Below are positions 1-9,628 of a DNA stretch of 44,450 nucleotides, piece by piece; the first letter of the stretch is position 1, and each line of letters begins with the position of its first letter. The notes beneath the pieces were generated by a model. That model saw nothing but the letters and a program-made list of their open reading frames with translations, was not told where the DNA came from and did not search any database. Where the stretch lies: contig JBFZFE010000063.1 of assembly GCA_041306525.1 (NCBI GenBank), positions 1-44,450 of the forward strand, in the 5' to 3' direction. The DNA is from Verrucomicrobiota bacterium. GTDB taxonomy: Bacteria > Verrucomicrobiota > Verrucomicrobiia > Palsa-1439. A program made the position numbers and the translations under genes.

Positions 1-200
1 CCGAGAGCCGGTTTCTTCGTCGTGACGTACTCGGCGGCCTTGGCGGGGTCATTCAAGACGCGCGGTTCAAACGTGACACCGTCGAGTTGTTTGGCGACAT
101 ACGCCGTGAACTCGGCAACCGTCGGTCCGGCAGTCTCCTGCGTGGCGAAACGTTCGCCCGTTTTGAGAAACAGAAAAGCGAGTGCAAAAAAGATTTTCAT
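1..200 (-). CDS. Partial CDS (first 66 codons only, runs off the window start). Unknown protein with a hydrophobic leader.
   Basis: The reverse-strand ATG at 200-198 overlaps the TGA (199-197) of the upstream synthase gene as ATGA. The frame stays open to base 1. My own translation is MKIFFALAFLFLKTGERFATQETAGPTVAEFTAYVAKQLDG..., which looks like a signal peptide. It is not in the ORF track because it is truncated. No family recognised. Confidence 0.35.
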   Translation of the reverse strand, partial: MKIFFALAFLFLKTGERFATQETAGPTVAEFTAYVAKQLDGVTFEPRVLNDPAKAAEYVTTKKPAL

Positions 201-1054
201 GATCGATACCTCCACCAACTGCGTGCGGCGACCCAGAGCTTCTCGGGACGGCTCAAGCGGACCCGTTGATCGAAGACCGCATACTGACGGGCCACGATCT
301 TGTCCAGCAGCGCGGAATAGACCGCAATCATGACCGCCAAGGTCGCGCGGCTGTCCGGCGTGATGAGCCCGAGCAACGGCTGGGCGCGGTTATAGTAATC
401 GCGCGCCCGGTCGGCTTGGAACTTCATCATCGCGGTGAATTGGGTTGTCGCACGCTGGTTCATGATGTCCGCCTCTGAGACGCCAAAACGTCGCAGATCT
501 TCAAGGGGAAGATAAATCCGGTCGCGCTGGGCGTCCTCCTTCACGTCGCGCAAAATGTTGGTGAGCTGAAAGGCGATGCCACACGCCTCCGCGGGGGCGA
601 GAGCTGAATCGTCCTCGTAACCGAAGATCGGCAACACGATGAGACCAACACAGGAGGCGACCCGGTAACAGTAACGGTACAGTTCATCGAAAGTTTCATA
701 GCGCGTGACGCTTTGGTCCATGTCGGTGCCATCGAGCACATCGTGGAAGTGACGCACCGGGATCCGGTATTGTTTGACCGTGTCGGCAAGTGCCAGCAGC
801 GTCGGATCGGTCGATTGCGAGCCGTTGAAAGCGGCATCCACCTGCTCCCGCCATGCGCGCAGACCCTCGCTGGCAGCCGCCGGGGAACCGGCATCGTCAG
901 CGATGTCGTCACTGCGTCGCATGAAGGCATAGACGGCACACATGGCCCGGTATTTCGCGGGCGAGAGCGCGCGGAAGGAGATGTAGAAGTTCGTGCCCGC
1001 CCGTCGCGCTTGATCGCAACAGAGCCGGTAGGACTCCTCAAGGATGACCGTCAT
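197..1054 (-). CDS. Squalene/phytoene synthase family enzyme (HpnD/CrtB-like trans-isoprenyl diphosphate synthase, head-to-head)
   Basis: 285 aa. Two Asp-rich motifs typical of the SQS_PSY family (YAFMRRSDDIADD and NILRDVKEDAQRDRIYLP). Length is typical. The subfamily (presqualene diphosphate synthase versus phytoene synthase) cannot be decided from sequence alone. Confidence 0.85.
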   Translation of the reverse strand: MTVILEESYRLCCDQARRAGTNFYISFRALSPAKYRAMCAVYAFMRRSDDIADDAGSPAAASEGLRAWREQVDAAFNGSQSTDPTLLALADTVKQYRIPVRHFHDVLDGTDMDQSVTRYETFDELYRYCYRVASCVGLIVLPIFGYEDDSALAPAEACGIAFQLTNILRDVKEDAQRDRIYLPLEDLRRFGVSEADIMNQRATTQFTAMMKFQADRARDYYNRAQPLLGLITPDSRATLAVMIAVYSALLDKIVARQYAVFDQRVRLSRPEKLWVAARSWWRYRS

Positions 1055-1110
1055 GGGGCGACATTATGCGAGGCGACCGGGCGCGACGCAAGACTGGAGG
1101 CAGTCTGCCT

Positions 1111-1986
1111 TCACCGGCCGAACGGCTCGATGTGGACGGTCACCTTGCTCACGCGCGGCAACGCCGCCCGCACGGCGTCGTCGACATGGTGCGCAATCAG
1201 ATGTGCCGCAGCCACGCTCATCTCGCCATCGACCTCAATATGCATGTCCAACATGTAGCTGTAGCCCATTTGACGTCCAAAACACTTCTCAACCCCGCGG
1301 ACGCCGGTAACCCCGAGCGCGGTAGCGCGGGCTTGGGTGAGGATGCTCCCGCCGGGTTGTTTTTCCATGAGCTCCCCCAAGGGTCCCCGCAACAGGCGCC
1401 AGCCGTTGAACGCAATGATTCCCGAGGCGAAGATCGCCGCCCATTCATCCGCAGCGGCAAACCGCGGCCCTCCCATCAAGGAGATGCTGATGCCCAGCGC
1501 GGCGGCGGCGGAGGTAATGGCATCGCTGCGATGATGCCATGCATCGTTGGTGACAGCGGCGCTTTCAATTTCGGCGCCAATCCCACCAACAAAGCGAAAG
1601 AGCCCTTCCTTGATCAGGACCACCACCAGCACAACGACCAAAGTGAACGGCGCCGGTGCTTGGTGAGGGTTGATGATCTCGCGAACTGACTGGTAGAGAA
1701 TAACGGCCGCCGCGACGAGCAACATGATGGCAACGGCCGCGGCTGCCAACGTCTCCGCTCGCCCGTGGCCGTAAGGGTGATCGGCGTCAGCCGGTCGGCT
1801 CGCGACCACCACGCCGCGCCAGACAATGAGCGAGCTGAAGATGTCGGAGAACGACTCGATGGCATCCGCAATCAGGGCATATGAGGAACCCAGGATCCCG
1901 GCCGTTAGCTTGCCGCCAGCCAGCAAGCCGTTCGTCAGCAGCCCCACGGATGTGGCGCGCAGACTGTGCTGAAGCCGTGTCGTCAT
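1111..1986 (-). CDS. Cation diffusion facilitator (CDF) family divalent-metal efflux transporter
   Basis: 291 aa. Multiple TM helices, then a C-terminal cytoplasmic domain. CDF hallmarks are present (ALIADAIESFSD in TM2, HPYGHGRAE, WHHRSDA in TM5). The start overlaps the argF stop by 4 nt. Confidence 0.88.
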   Translation of the reverse strand: MTTRLQHSLRATSVGLLTNGLLAGGKLTAGILGSSYALIADAIESFSDIFSSLIVWRGVVVASRPADADHPYGHGRAETLAAAAVAIMLLVAAAVILYQSVREIINPHQAPAPFTLVVVLVVVLIKEGLFRFVGGIGAEIESAAVTNDAWHHRSDAITSAAAALGISISLMGGPRFAAADEWAAIFASGIIAFNGWRLLRGPLGELMEKQPGGSILTQARATALGVTGVRGVEKCFGRQMGYSYMLDMHIEVDGEMSVAAAHLIAHHVDDAVRAALPRVSKVTVHIEPFGR

Positions 1987-2879
1987 TGCGACAGCAGCGT
2001 GAGGATCGCTTTCTGGGCGTGCAGACGGTTCTCCGCCTGGTCAAAAATGGTTTGGCGATGGGCATCGAGCAGCTCAGCACTGATCTCCTTGCCCCGGTAG
2101 GCCGGCAGACAATGCATGACCAGTGCGTTGCTTCGCGCCCGCGCCGCAACGGCGGCGTTGAGTTGATACGGGGCCAGTACACGCAGCCGGTCAACCGATT
2201 CATCTTCCTTGCCCATCGAGACCCAGACGTCGGTGTACAACACATCAGCATCCGCGGCAGCGGCGAGGATGTCATCAGTGACGCGAATCTCCCCACCGGC
2301 TCGTTCCAACAAGGCCGGGCGCGGCTGGTAACCGGCAGGCGCCGCAACCGTCAGCGACATCTGCATTTTGGCAGCGGCAAAGACCCAGGAGCGCGCGACG
2401 TTGCAGGCGCCATCGCCCACAAATGCGATGCGCTTGCCGGCCAATGAGCCCAGCTTTTCCTGAATGGTAAACAGGTCGGCGATGATCTGGCAGGGATGCT
2501 CGTCGTCGGTCAGCGCATTGATGACCGGGATGGAACCACACAGTGCAAACTCCTCGACATCCGACTGTGCAAACGTCCGGATCGTGACGCCATGCAGGTA
2601 GCGCGACAACACCCGGGCAGTGTCGGCGACGGTTTCGCCGCGCCCGAGCTGGATGTCATTGTTCGACAGGTACAGTGAGGAGCCGCCAAGTTCCCGGATG
2701 CCGACTTCGAAGCTCACCCGCGTGCGCGTGCTGGCTTTGGCGAAGAGCAGTCCCCAGGTCTGGCCCTTGAGCGGCAGGTGGCTTTCTTGGCCGCGACGCG
2801 CCTTGACGGTGCTGCTCAAGGCCAGGATCTCGTTGATTTCCGCGGGGCTCAAGTTCTCGATGGTGAGAAGGTGTTTCAT
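1983..2879 (-). CDS. argF: Ornithine carbamoyltransferase
   Basis: 298 aa. Contains the STRTR carbamoyl-phosphate motif (FAKASTRTRVSFE), HPCQ and HCLPA motifs. It has 4-nt overlaps with both argD and the CDF gene. Confidence 0.95.
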   Translation of the reverse strand: MKHLLTIENLSPAEINEILALSSTVKARRGQESHLPLKGQTWGLLFAKASTRTRVSFEVGIRELGGSSLYLSNNDIQLGRGETVADTARVLSRYLHGVTIRTFAQSDVEEFALCGSIPVINALTDDEHPCQIIADLFTIQEKLGSLAGKRIAFVGDGACNVARSWVFAAAKMQMSLTVAAPAGYQPRPALLERAGGEIRVTDDILAAAADADVLYTDVWVSMGKEDESVDRLRVLAPYQLNAAVAARARSNALVMHCLPAYRGKEISAELLDAHRQTIFDQAENRLHAQKAILTLLSQ

Positions 2880-4054
2880 AGGTCACCCAACGCGAGTGTG
2901 AACCGCAACACGGCGACATCGGCTTCAGCGCGGGAAATGTTCAAGGGCGGCAGGAATCGCACGGTGTGCGTGCCGGCCGGTATGGTCAAAAGTCCACGGG
3001 CCGCCGCTTTGCCAACGAGCAACCGGTTCTCGGCATTGGTCTCGACACCAATGATCAAGCCGATGCCGCGGACTTCCTTGACGCCCGGGAGCGCCCGGAG
3101 TTTGTCCATCAGGTAGGCGCCAATCTCCCGCGCATTGGCGAGCAAACCGCCCTTCTCGATGGTCTCCAACACGGACAACGCCACCGAACAGGCCAGCGGT
3201 GTGCCACCGAAGGTGGAGGCATGCGAGCCCGGTCCCAAGACCGTCGCGTAAGGTTCCCGGGCCCAGATCGCGCCGATAGGGAAGCCACCCGCCAGTCCCT
3301 TGGCCCAGGAGATCGCATCGGGCTGGAGGTCGGGCGCGACCGTCTTGAATGCGCAGAACTCACCCGTCCGTCCCACCCCGCATTGCACTTCGTCAAACAT
3401 CAGCAGCAGCCCATGTTTGTCGCACAACCGACGCAATCCCCGCAGGAACTCCGCTGATGCCGGTCGGATGCCGCTCTCGCCCTGGATGGGTTCGAGAAGG
3501 ATCGCGGCGGTCTTCGGACCGATCGCTTGCTCGACAGCGGCAAGGTCATTGAACGGAACGTGCTTGAAGCCGTCCACCATCGGCTCGAAGCCCTTCTTCA
3601 CCTTGTCCTGTCCGGTCGCACTGATGCCCGCGAGGGTGCGCCCATGGAAACTGTTGAGGAAGGTGATGATCTCGTAGCGGCCGCCGTGTTCGTTGCCGTG
3701 TTTGCGTGCCAATTTGTACAACGCCTCATTCGCCTCGCCGCCGGAGTTGCAGAAAAAACATTTACCGGCGATGCCGACAAGTTCCACCAGTTTTTTGGCC
3801 AGCAGTCCCTGCGGTTCGCTGTAGTAGAGGTTTGAGCAATGGACCAGGACGCTGGCTTGGCGCGACAACATCTCCGGTAAGGCCGCGTGACCGAGAACGT
3901 TCACCGCGATCCCACCGCCGAAGTCCAAGTACTCCTTGCCATCGGCATCCCAGACACGGGTTCCCTGCCCCCGCACAAATGCCAGCGGATACCGGCCATA
4001 GGTCGGCATCACGTACTTGTCGAAAAGCGCAACGATCTCCTGTGATTTGTTCAC
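2876..4054 (-). CDS. argD: Acetylornithine aminotransferase (class III PLP aminotransferase)
   Basis: 392 aa. Class III aminotransferase pattern (NSGGEANE, MFDEVQCGVGRTG, HASTFGGTP). It sits between argB and argF with 4-nt overlaps. Confidence 0.92.
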   Translation of the reverse strand: MNKSQEIVALFDKYVMPTYGRYPLAFVRGQGTRVWDADGKEYLDFGGGIAVNVLGHAALPEMLSRQASVLVHCSNLYYSEPQGLLAKKLVELVGIAGKCFFCNSGGEANEALYKLARKHGNEHGGRYEIITFLNSFHGRTLAGISATGQDKVKKGFEPMVDGFKHVPFNDLAAVEQAIGPKTAAILLEPIQGESGIRPASAEFLRGLRRLCDKHGLLLMFDEVQCGVGRTGEFCAFKTVAPDLQPDAISWAKGLAGGFPIGAIWAREPYATVLGPGSHASTFGGTPLACSVALSVLETIEKGGLLANAREIGAYLMDKLRALPGVKEVRGIGLIIGVETNAENRLLVGKAAARGLLTIPAGTHTVRFLPPLNISRAEADVAVLRFTLALGDL

Positions 4055-4914
4055 TTGACCACCTCTGTACCAATTCCTTTGTCGGTGAAAATCTCCAGCA
4101 ACACCGAGTGGGGTGTGCGGCCATCCACAAAGTGGACACGGCGCACCCCGGCGTGGACGGCTTCCACCGCGCTGTCCACCTTTGGAATCATTCCCTTGTC
4201 GATCACTCCCGCCTGCTTCAATTCACCGACCTCCTTGGTTTCCAAGTGGGAGATCAAGGTTGCCGGGTCCTTGGGATCGCGCAGCAGGCCGGGCACATCG
4301 CTCATGAAAACCAGCCGCCGCGCACCAATCGCCGCCGCCAGCTTCGCGGCGGCAACATCGGCATTGATGTTGTAGGCCTGCTGATCATCCACTCCCAGGC
4401 CGATCGGGCTGATGACCGGCGTCACCGAACTGCGCAGGCACTTCTTCAGCGCTTCGGTTTCGACACCGACGACTTCACCGACATAGCCGAGGTCAACACC
4501 GTCCTGGACCAGTTTGCGGCAACGAAAGACGTCCCGACCGTTGAAGCTGCGCGCCTTGCCGCCAAGCTTCTGGATCATCTCGACGATTTCGCGGTTGATG
4601 ACATTGAACAGGACGTCCTCCACGACTCTCATCGTCGCATCATCCGTGACCCGCATCCCCTTGATGAAGTTGGCGGCAATGCCGGCCTTCTCCATCGCCT
4701 TGGTGATGGCTTTGCCGCCGCCATGCACCACGACCGGGTTGATGCCAACTGCTTCCAGGAACACAACATCAGCCGCCACTCCACTGCGCACCTTCGGCTC
4801 GGGCGAATCCATGAAACTGCCGCCATACTTGACGACAAATGTAGAACTCCGGAACCGCTGGATGTACGGCAACGCTTCCAACAACAAATCGGCTTTCTGG
4901 ATGATCTCTTGCAT
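4051..4914 (-). CDS. argB: Acetylglutamate kinase
   Basis: Amino-acid kinase family motifs (FVVKYGGSF, VVVHGGG). I chose the internal ATG at 4914 (MQEIIQKADLL...) because the track start at 4989 would overlap the argJ 3' end (4929) by 61 nt. Confidence 0.92.
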   Translation of the reverse strand: MQEIIQKADLLLEALPYIQRFRSSTFVVKYGGSFMDSPEPKVRSGVAADVVFLEAVGINPVVVHGGGKAITKAMEKAGIAANFIKGMRVTDDATMRVVEDVLFNVINREIVEMIQKLGGKARSFNGRDVFRCRKLVQDGVDLGYVGEVVGVETEALKKCLRSSVTPVISPIGLGVDDQQAYNINADVAAAKLAAAIGARRLVFMSDVPGLLRDPKDPATLISHLETKEVGELKQAGVIDKGMIPKVDSAVEAVHAGVRRVHFVDGRTPHSVLLEIFTDKGIGTEVVK

Positions 4915-4928
4915 GCTCGGCTCGCGGG

Positions 4929-6116
4929 TTATTCGCCTTTGTTCAGCGTCACGTATTTCTCGGTCAAGTCGCATGTGTGAATCGTGCATTCACCCGTGCC
5001 AAGGTGCAAATTGACATCCACGGTGAAGGTCGGCTTTGTCACGATCTTCTTCAGCCGTTCCACGGACACACGCGTGGCCAAGCCGTTCCGAACAGCGACC
5101 AGGCCGTCAAACGCAATCTCCACCAGTGACTCGGTGACTTTGGCCGCCGAGTAGCCGATGGCATCCATGATCCGGCCCCAGTTCGGGTCATTTCCGCACC
5201 AGCAGCATTTCACCAAGGTCGAATTGGCAATCGCCCGCGCTGCCACCTCGGCGTCACGATCATTCCGGGCGCCGCGCACGTTGACCGTGACAAATTTGCT
5301 GACACCCTCGCCGTCCTGAACCATCATCTTCGCCAGCTCCAGACATACATGGTTGAGCGCCTGCTGAAACGGCGCCAACGGGAAGGAACCGGCCAGACCA
5401 TTGGCGAGACAAATCACCGTGTCATTGGTGCTGGTGTCGCCATCCACGGAAATGCGGTTGAAACTCTGGTTCACCGCCGCCCGCAACGCCCGCTGCAAAA
5501 CGGGCCGGTGAATGGCGGCATCGGTCGTGATGAAACACAGCATTGTTGCCATGTTCGGCTCGATCATCCCGGCCCCCTTGGCGATCGCGCCGATGTGAAC
5601 CGTCTTGTCGCCATGGTGCACGCGCACCGCGATCTTCTTGGCGAACGTGTCGGTCGTCATGATCGCCTCGGCGGCTGCGTTGCCGCCGTTCGACGACAGG
5701 TTCCCGAGCAGTTTCTTGATGCCGGCTTCAACTTTGACGATGGGCAACGGCACGCCAATCCGACCGGTGGAACAGACCAGCACACCACTGTCCTGGCAAC
5801 CGACGCGACGCGCCACCGCGGTCGCCATGGCCCGCGCGTGCACCATCCCGATCTCGCCCGTGCAGGCATTGGCATTGCCGCTGTTGACGACGATGGCACA
5901 AGCTTTGCCGGTCCGCGTGTGCGCCATGCTGACTTTCACCGGCGCGGCTTTGACCTGATTGGTCGTGAACGTTGCCGCCACCGTGGCCGGCACGTCGGAG
6001 ACAATCAAGGCCATGTCCTTCTTGCCGGGTTTCTTGATCCCGGCCGCCACCGACGCGGCGCGAAAGCCTTTCGGCGCCGTTACAGAACCTTCAATCCTGC
6101 TGAATGATCCACTCAC
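4929..6116 (-). CDS. argJ: Bifunctional ornithine acetyltransferase / N-acetylglutamate synthase
   Basis: ArgJ hallmarks: VTAPKGFRAA near the N-terminus and the autoproteolytic ATMLCFITTDA site. I prefer the GTG at 6116, which overlaps the argC TGA as GTGA. The track's ATG at 6161 would overlap argC by 49 nt and remains possible. Confidence 0.9.
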   Translation of the reverse strand: MSGSFSRIEGSVTAPKGFRAASVAAGIKKPGKKDMALIVSDVPATVAATFTTNQVKAAPVKVSMAHTRTGKACAIVVNSGNANACTGEIGMVHARAMATAVARRVGCQDSGVLVCSTGRIGVPLPIVKVEAGIKKLLGNLSSNGGNAAAEAIMTTDTFAKKIAVRVHHGDKTVHIGAIAKGAGMIEPNMATMLCFITTDAAIHRPVLQRALRAAVNQSFNRISVDGDTSTNDTVICLANGLAGSFPLAPFQQALNHVCLELAKMMVQDGEGVSKFVTVNVRGARNDRDAEVAARAIANSTLVKCCWCGNDPNWGRIMDAIGYSAAKVTESLVEIAFDGLVAVRNGLATRVSVERLKKIVTKPTFTVDVNLHLGTGECTIHTCDLTEKYVTLNKGE

Positions 6117-7138
6117 AACAGTCCCTCCGATTCCTCGTATCCAAACACCAGGTTCAGGCACTGGACGGCTTGGCCGGCCGCGCCTTTTGTCAGGTTGTCC
6201 TCGGCACTGACGACAATCAGCTTACCGGTACGCGCATCCACCCGGGCCGAGATATCAACGAAATTGGTTTCCTGCACGTTCTTGGTATCCGGCAAATTCT
6301 TGCCGACACGCACGAACTGTTCCCCTTGGTAATAGTCACGGTAAGCCGCCAGCACTTCGTCGGTGGTAACCTGCTTGGCGAGATCAAGATAGATCGTACT
6401 GACGATGCCGCGATTGATCGGCACAAGGTGCGGCGTGAAACTGATCTTCAGTTCCTTCCCGGCCAGCAACGAGAGTTCCTGCTCAATCTCCGACAAGTGC
6501 CGGTGTTTCGGGATGCCATAGGCGCGGACTGATTCGTTGCACTCGGGGAAGATGAATTCTTCCGCGACTTTCCGTCCCGCACCGCTCACCCCGCTCATGC
6601 TGGTCACGACGATGCCTTGGGCCTGCGCGATTCCCCGCTTCAAGGCCGGTGCGCATCCAAGAATGATGCTCGTCGGGTAGCAACCCGGGCAGGCAATAAG
6701 TTGCGCTTGCCGGATGGCATCCCGGCGCACTTCCGGCAAGCCATAAACTGCTTTCTGCAGCAACGCCGGTGCGGGATGGTCGTGCTCGTAGAACTCCTTG
6801 TAGATCGCCGCCGATTTCAGGCGAAAATCGGCGCTCAGGTCGAAAACCTTGACGCCCTTTTCCAGCAGCGGAATGGCATATTCGGCCGCCACGCCATGGG
6901 GCAATGCCAGAAACACGGCCTGCGCGCCGCTGTCAAGGATCGCGGCCACCTGCGGCTCCATGAACGTGGCATCAATCAGGCCGCGAAACTTGGGGAATAC
7001 GTCAGTGACCGGTTTCCCCGCGTACTGGCGCGAGGTGAACCCGGTAATCTGCACATGCGGATGCCGAAGCAACAGGCGCACAAGCTCCTGGCCCGAGTAT
7101 CCGCTCGCTCCGACGATTGCCACAGTTGTCTTCTGCAT
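6113..7138 (-). CDS. argC: N-acetyl-gamma-glutamyl-phosphate reductase
   Basis: 341 aa. N-terminal NAD(P) fold VAIVGASGYSGQEL and catalytic Cys context IACPGCYPTS. First gene of the arg cluster. Confidence 0.94.
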   Translation of the reverse strand: MQKTTVAIVGASGYSGQELVRLLLRHPHVQITGFTSRQYAGKPVTDVFPKFRGLIDATFMEPQVAAILDSGAQAVFLALPHGVAAEYAIPLLEKGVKVFDLSADFRLKSAAIYKEFYEHDHPAPALLQKAVYGLPEVRRDAIRQAQLIACPGCYPTSIILGCAPALKRGIAQAQGIVVTSMSGVSGAGRKVAEEFIFPECNESVRAYGIPKHRHLSEIEQELSLLAGKELKISFTPHLVPINRGIVSTIYLDLAKQVTTDEVLAAYRDYYQGEQFVRVGKNLPDTKNVQETNFVDISARVDARTGKLIVVSAEDNLTKGAAGQAVQCLNLVFGYEESEGLL

Positions 7139-7152
7139 GAGTCATTTCTCCC

Positions 7153-7193
7153 GTAAAAACCAACAAGCCCCGAAGTATCGAACTCGGGGCTTG
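7153..7193 (-). terminator. Rho-independent terminator downstream of rpsI
   Basis: On the minus strand, a 10-bp GC-rich stem (caagccccga 7164-7173 pairs with tcggggcttg 7184-7193) encloses a 10-nt loop. It is followed by GTTGGTTTTTAC (T-run corresponds to 7155-7159). It lies 26 nt after the rpsI stop. Confidence 0.75.
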
Positions 7194-7218
7194 TGCTGGC
7201 AAGACTTGTTTAACGCAA

Positions 7219-7620
7219 TTACCGCTTCGAGAACTGGAAGCGTTTGCGCGCCCCGGGCTGGCCGTACTTCTTGCGCTCCTTGGCGCGCGAGTCACGAGTC
7301 AGCATGCCTTTGTTACGCAAAACGGGCTTCAAATCGGCGGCCACCTGCAACAGCGCCCGCGCAAGGCCCAAGCGAATGGCGCCGGCCTGGCCGGTCATGC
7401 CGCCGCCTTCAACCTTGATCGCGATGTCGTACTTGTTGTCGCTCTGGGTGGTGCTCAACGGCTCAACCGCATGCATCCGCAACGTCTGCACGGTGAGGTA
7501 ATCAGCGATTTCACGCTCGTTGACGGTGAGTTTGCCCGTACCGGGCAGGAGTTGGATGCGAGCGACGCTGGTTTTGCGACGTCCGACGGCAGTAATGGGT
7601 TTTACAGCGACAATGGCCAT
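7219..7620 (-). CDS. rpsI: 30S ribosomal protein S9
   Basis: 133 aa. Canonical S9 C-terminus (RDSRAKERKKYGQPGARKRFQFSKR) and GGGMTGQAGAIRLGLARAL. Confidence 0.97.
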   Translation of the reverse strand: MAIVAVKPITAVGRRKTSVARIQLLPGTGKLTVNEREIADYLTVQTLRMHAVEPLSTTQSDNKYDIAIKVEGGGMTGQAGAIRLGLARALLQVAADLKPVLRNKGMLTRDSRAKERKKYGQPGARKRFQFSKR

Positions 7621-7632
7621 AGAGTGTTCCGA

Positions 7633-8061
7633 CTAAAGTTTGATGGGTTCAGGTTGCTGCGCGACGTGCGGATGGGCGCCGCCGGCATAGACTTTGAGCT
7701 TGGTGATCATCGAGCGGCCAAGGCGGTTGCGCGGGATCATGCCTTTGACAGCATGCTCAATCAGATGCTCGGGACGTTTCGCGCGGACTTCGGCCACGGT
7801 CTGCCGTTTCTCGCGACCCGGGTACTGATTGTAGGTCATGTACTGCTTCGCGGTTTCCTTCTTACCGGTCACGACCACCTTCTCAGCATTGATAACGATG
7901 ACGAAATCACCAGTATCAACGTGCGGGGTGAAAATGGGTTTGTGCTTACCGCGGAGAATGTTGGCGGCCCGCTCGGCGACTTTGCCGAGTACCTGGCCGT
8001 TGGCATCAATGACATGCCATTGCGGTTTCTGTTCTTCCTGCTTAGCCATGAATGTGCTCAT
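7633..8061 (-). CDS. rplM: 50S ribosomal protein L13
   Basis: L13 pattern: MSTFMAKQEEQKPQWHVIDANGQVLGKVA..., NAEKVVVTGKK, YPG. I chose the ATG at 8061, which has AGGA 4 nt upstream. The track start at 8076 is a TTG. Confidence 0.95.
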   Translation of the reverse strand: MSTFMAKQEEQKPQWHVIDANGQVLGKVAERAANILRGKHKPIFTPHVDTGDFVIVINAEKVVVTGKKETAKQYMTYNQYPGREKRQTVAEVRAKRPEHLIEHAVKGMIPRNRLGRSMITKLKVYAGGAHPHVAQQPEPIKL

Positions 8062-8126
8062 TTGTCCTGAATCCAAGGGCGCGTAAAGTAACGACCACCC
8101 CCCATGATGTCAACCACTGATTTCGC

Positions 8127-9434
8127 CTAAATCCGCGTGCCGGCAGGGATGTCGGTATTCTTGGGGATGATGACAATGCCGTCGCGGACGTAGTGGGTGG
8201 GCGCATCGACATCGGGTTGGCCCGTCTTGTCCTCGATTACCACGTCATCGCCAATGCGAACATTCTTGTCGATGATGGCACGCGAGATCTTGCAGCGACG
8301 GCCAATGCGCATGTGGGGAATCCCCATCGGATCAGTGTCATCGCTGGCCACGGTGCGGGAGCCGAGGAAATCGCAGCCCATGATGATTGTGTTGCGCAGT
8401 TCACAGTCCGCATCGATGAAGGTCCGCACGCCGACAATGCAGTGATCCAGCCGCGAATGCGTGATGATGCTGCCGTCGGCCAGCAGCGACTGGTTGACGT
8501 GACTGTTCACCAAGCGGGCGGGCGGGAGAAACCGGGCGTGCGTGTAGACGGGGCTCCGATCAAACAGGTTGAAGGATGGTTTGTCGGTGCACATTGCAAG
8601 GTTGGCATCAAAGAATGAGCGGATCGTGCCAACGTCTTCCCAATAGCCTTGGAACACGTAAGCAAACACCCGCCGGCCGGCGATCGACTCGGGAATGATG
8701 TGCTTGCCGAAGTCAGTCATCGTGTTGTCGAGGGCCTGACGCAGCACTTCTTTGTTGAAAACATAAATCCCCATCGATGCGAGCAGTTGATCTTCGCCCG
8801 CTGGGATGGACAGCTTCGTGCGCAACGGCTCCTGGATTCGCAGTGAATCAAGCACGGCATCTTCCTTGGGTTTCTCGACAAACCGCACAATGCGTTTGTC
8901 ATCGTCAATGGCCATGATCCCCAGCGATTTCGCATCCTGCCGGCGCACCGGTATGGTTGCAATCGTGATGTCAGCCTGCGTGTCGAGGTGCTGTTCCAGG
9001 ACGTGCCGGAAATCCAGCCGGTAAAGCTGGTCGCCCGAGAGGATGACGATCTGGTCGTACTGGTCCTGCATCAAGAAACGCATGTTCTGGCGCACGGCAT
9101 CGGCGGTGCCTTGATACCAACTCGAACCACCGAAAGTCTGTTGCGCGGCCAGCACTTCGACGAACCCACGCGAAAAGCGGTCAAATTGATAGCTGTCGTG
9201 CAAATGGCGATGCAGGGACGCGGAGTTGAACTGCGTCAGGATGTACATCCGGCGAATATTGGAGTTGATGCAATTGCTGATCGGGATGTCCACGAGCCGG
9301 TATTTGCCGGCAATGGGTACCGCCGGCTTGGCGCGTTCCTTGGTCAGCGGAAACAATCGCCGCCCCTCGCCGCCCCCCATGATTACGCCCAACGCCCTGT
9401 CTGTATTGACCAACTGTCGTGCCGTGATCGTCAT
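8127..9434 (-). CDS. glgC: Glucose-1-phosphate adenylyltransferase
   Basis: 435 aa. GlgC N-terminal signature GGGEGRRLFPLTKERAKPAVPIAGKYRLVDIPISNCINS, followed by a C-terminal left-handed beta-helix region. Confidence 0.94.
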   Translation of the reverse strand: MTITARQLVNTDRALGVIMGGGEGRRLFPLTKERAKPAVPIAGKYRLVDIPISNCINSNIRRMYILTQFNSASLHRHLHDSYQFDRFSRGFVEVLAAQQTFGGSSWYQGTADAVRQNMRFLMQDQYDQIVILSGDQLYRLDFRHVLEQHLDTQADITIATIPVRRQDAKSLGIMAIDDDKRIVRFVEKPKEDAVLDSLRIQEPLRTKLSIPAGEDQLLASMGIYVFNKEVLRQALDNTMTDFGKHIIPESIAGRRVFAYVFQGYWEDVGTIRSFFDANLAMCTDKPSFNLFDRSPVYTHARFLPPARLVNSHVNQSLLADGSIITHSRLDHCIVGVRTFIDADCELRNTIIMGCDFLGSRTVASDDTDPMGIPHMRIGRRCKISRAIIDKNVRIGDDVVIEDKTGQPDVDAPTHYVRDGIVIIPKNTDIPAGTRI

Positions 9435-9472
9435 AATGTCGGGATGCTAATGTCACCACCCCGCCCCGTCAA

Positions 9473-9501
9473 TTGACAAAAGGAGGACGACTCTTTAGGC
9501 T
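9473..9501 (+). promoter_or_regulatory. Candidate sigma-70-type promoter for glmS
   Basis: TTGACA (9473-9478), a 17-nt spacer, then TAGGCT (9496-9501) in the glgC/glmS divergent intergenic region. This would give a leader of about 120 nt. It rests on a sequence match only. Confidence 0.3.
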
Positions 9502-9628
9502 GGAAACGTCAACGGCATATAAAAACCCAACGTTCGAAGTCCACGCAGTTGTGATTCGCCATCGCCGTTGATTCTCGGTGCAGACCGGGACGGTTGAACC
9601 GCCGCTGCGCGACTTCAGGAGTAAAACT

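Noticed and set aside
1055-1110. Short hairpin (gcagactg...cagtcttgc on the minus strand) between the CDF gene and the squalene/phytoene synthase gene, considered as a terminator.
   Set aside because: The stem is imperfect and bulged and there is no U-tract. There is insufficient evidence to separate the two genes transcriptionally.
9502-9628. Possible glmS ribozyme or other riboswitch in the ~120-nt glmS leader.
   Set aside because: I could not recognise the conserved glmS ribozyme core or a convincing pseudoknotted fold by eye. The ribozyme is mainly a Gram-positive feature. A covariance-model scan (Rfam RF00234) would be decisive.
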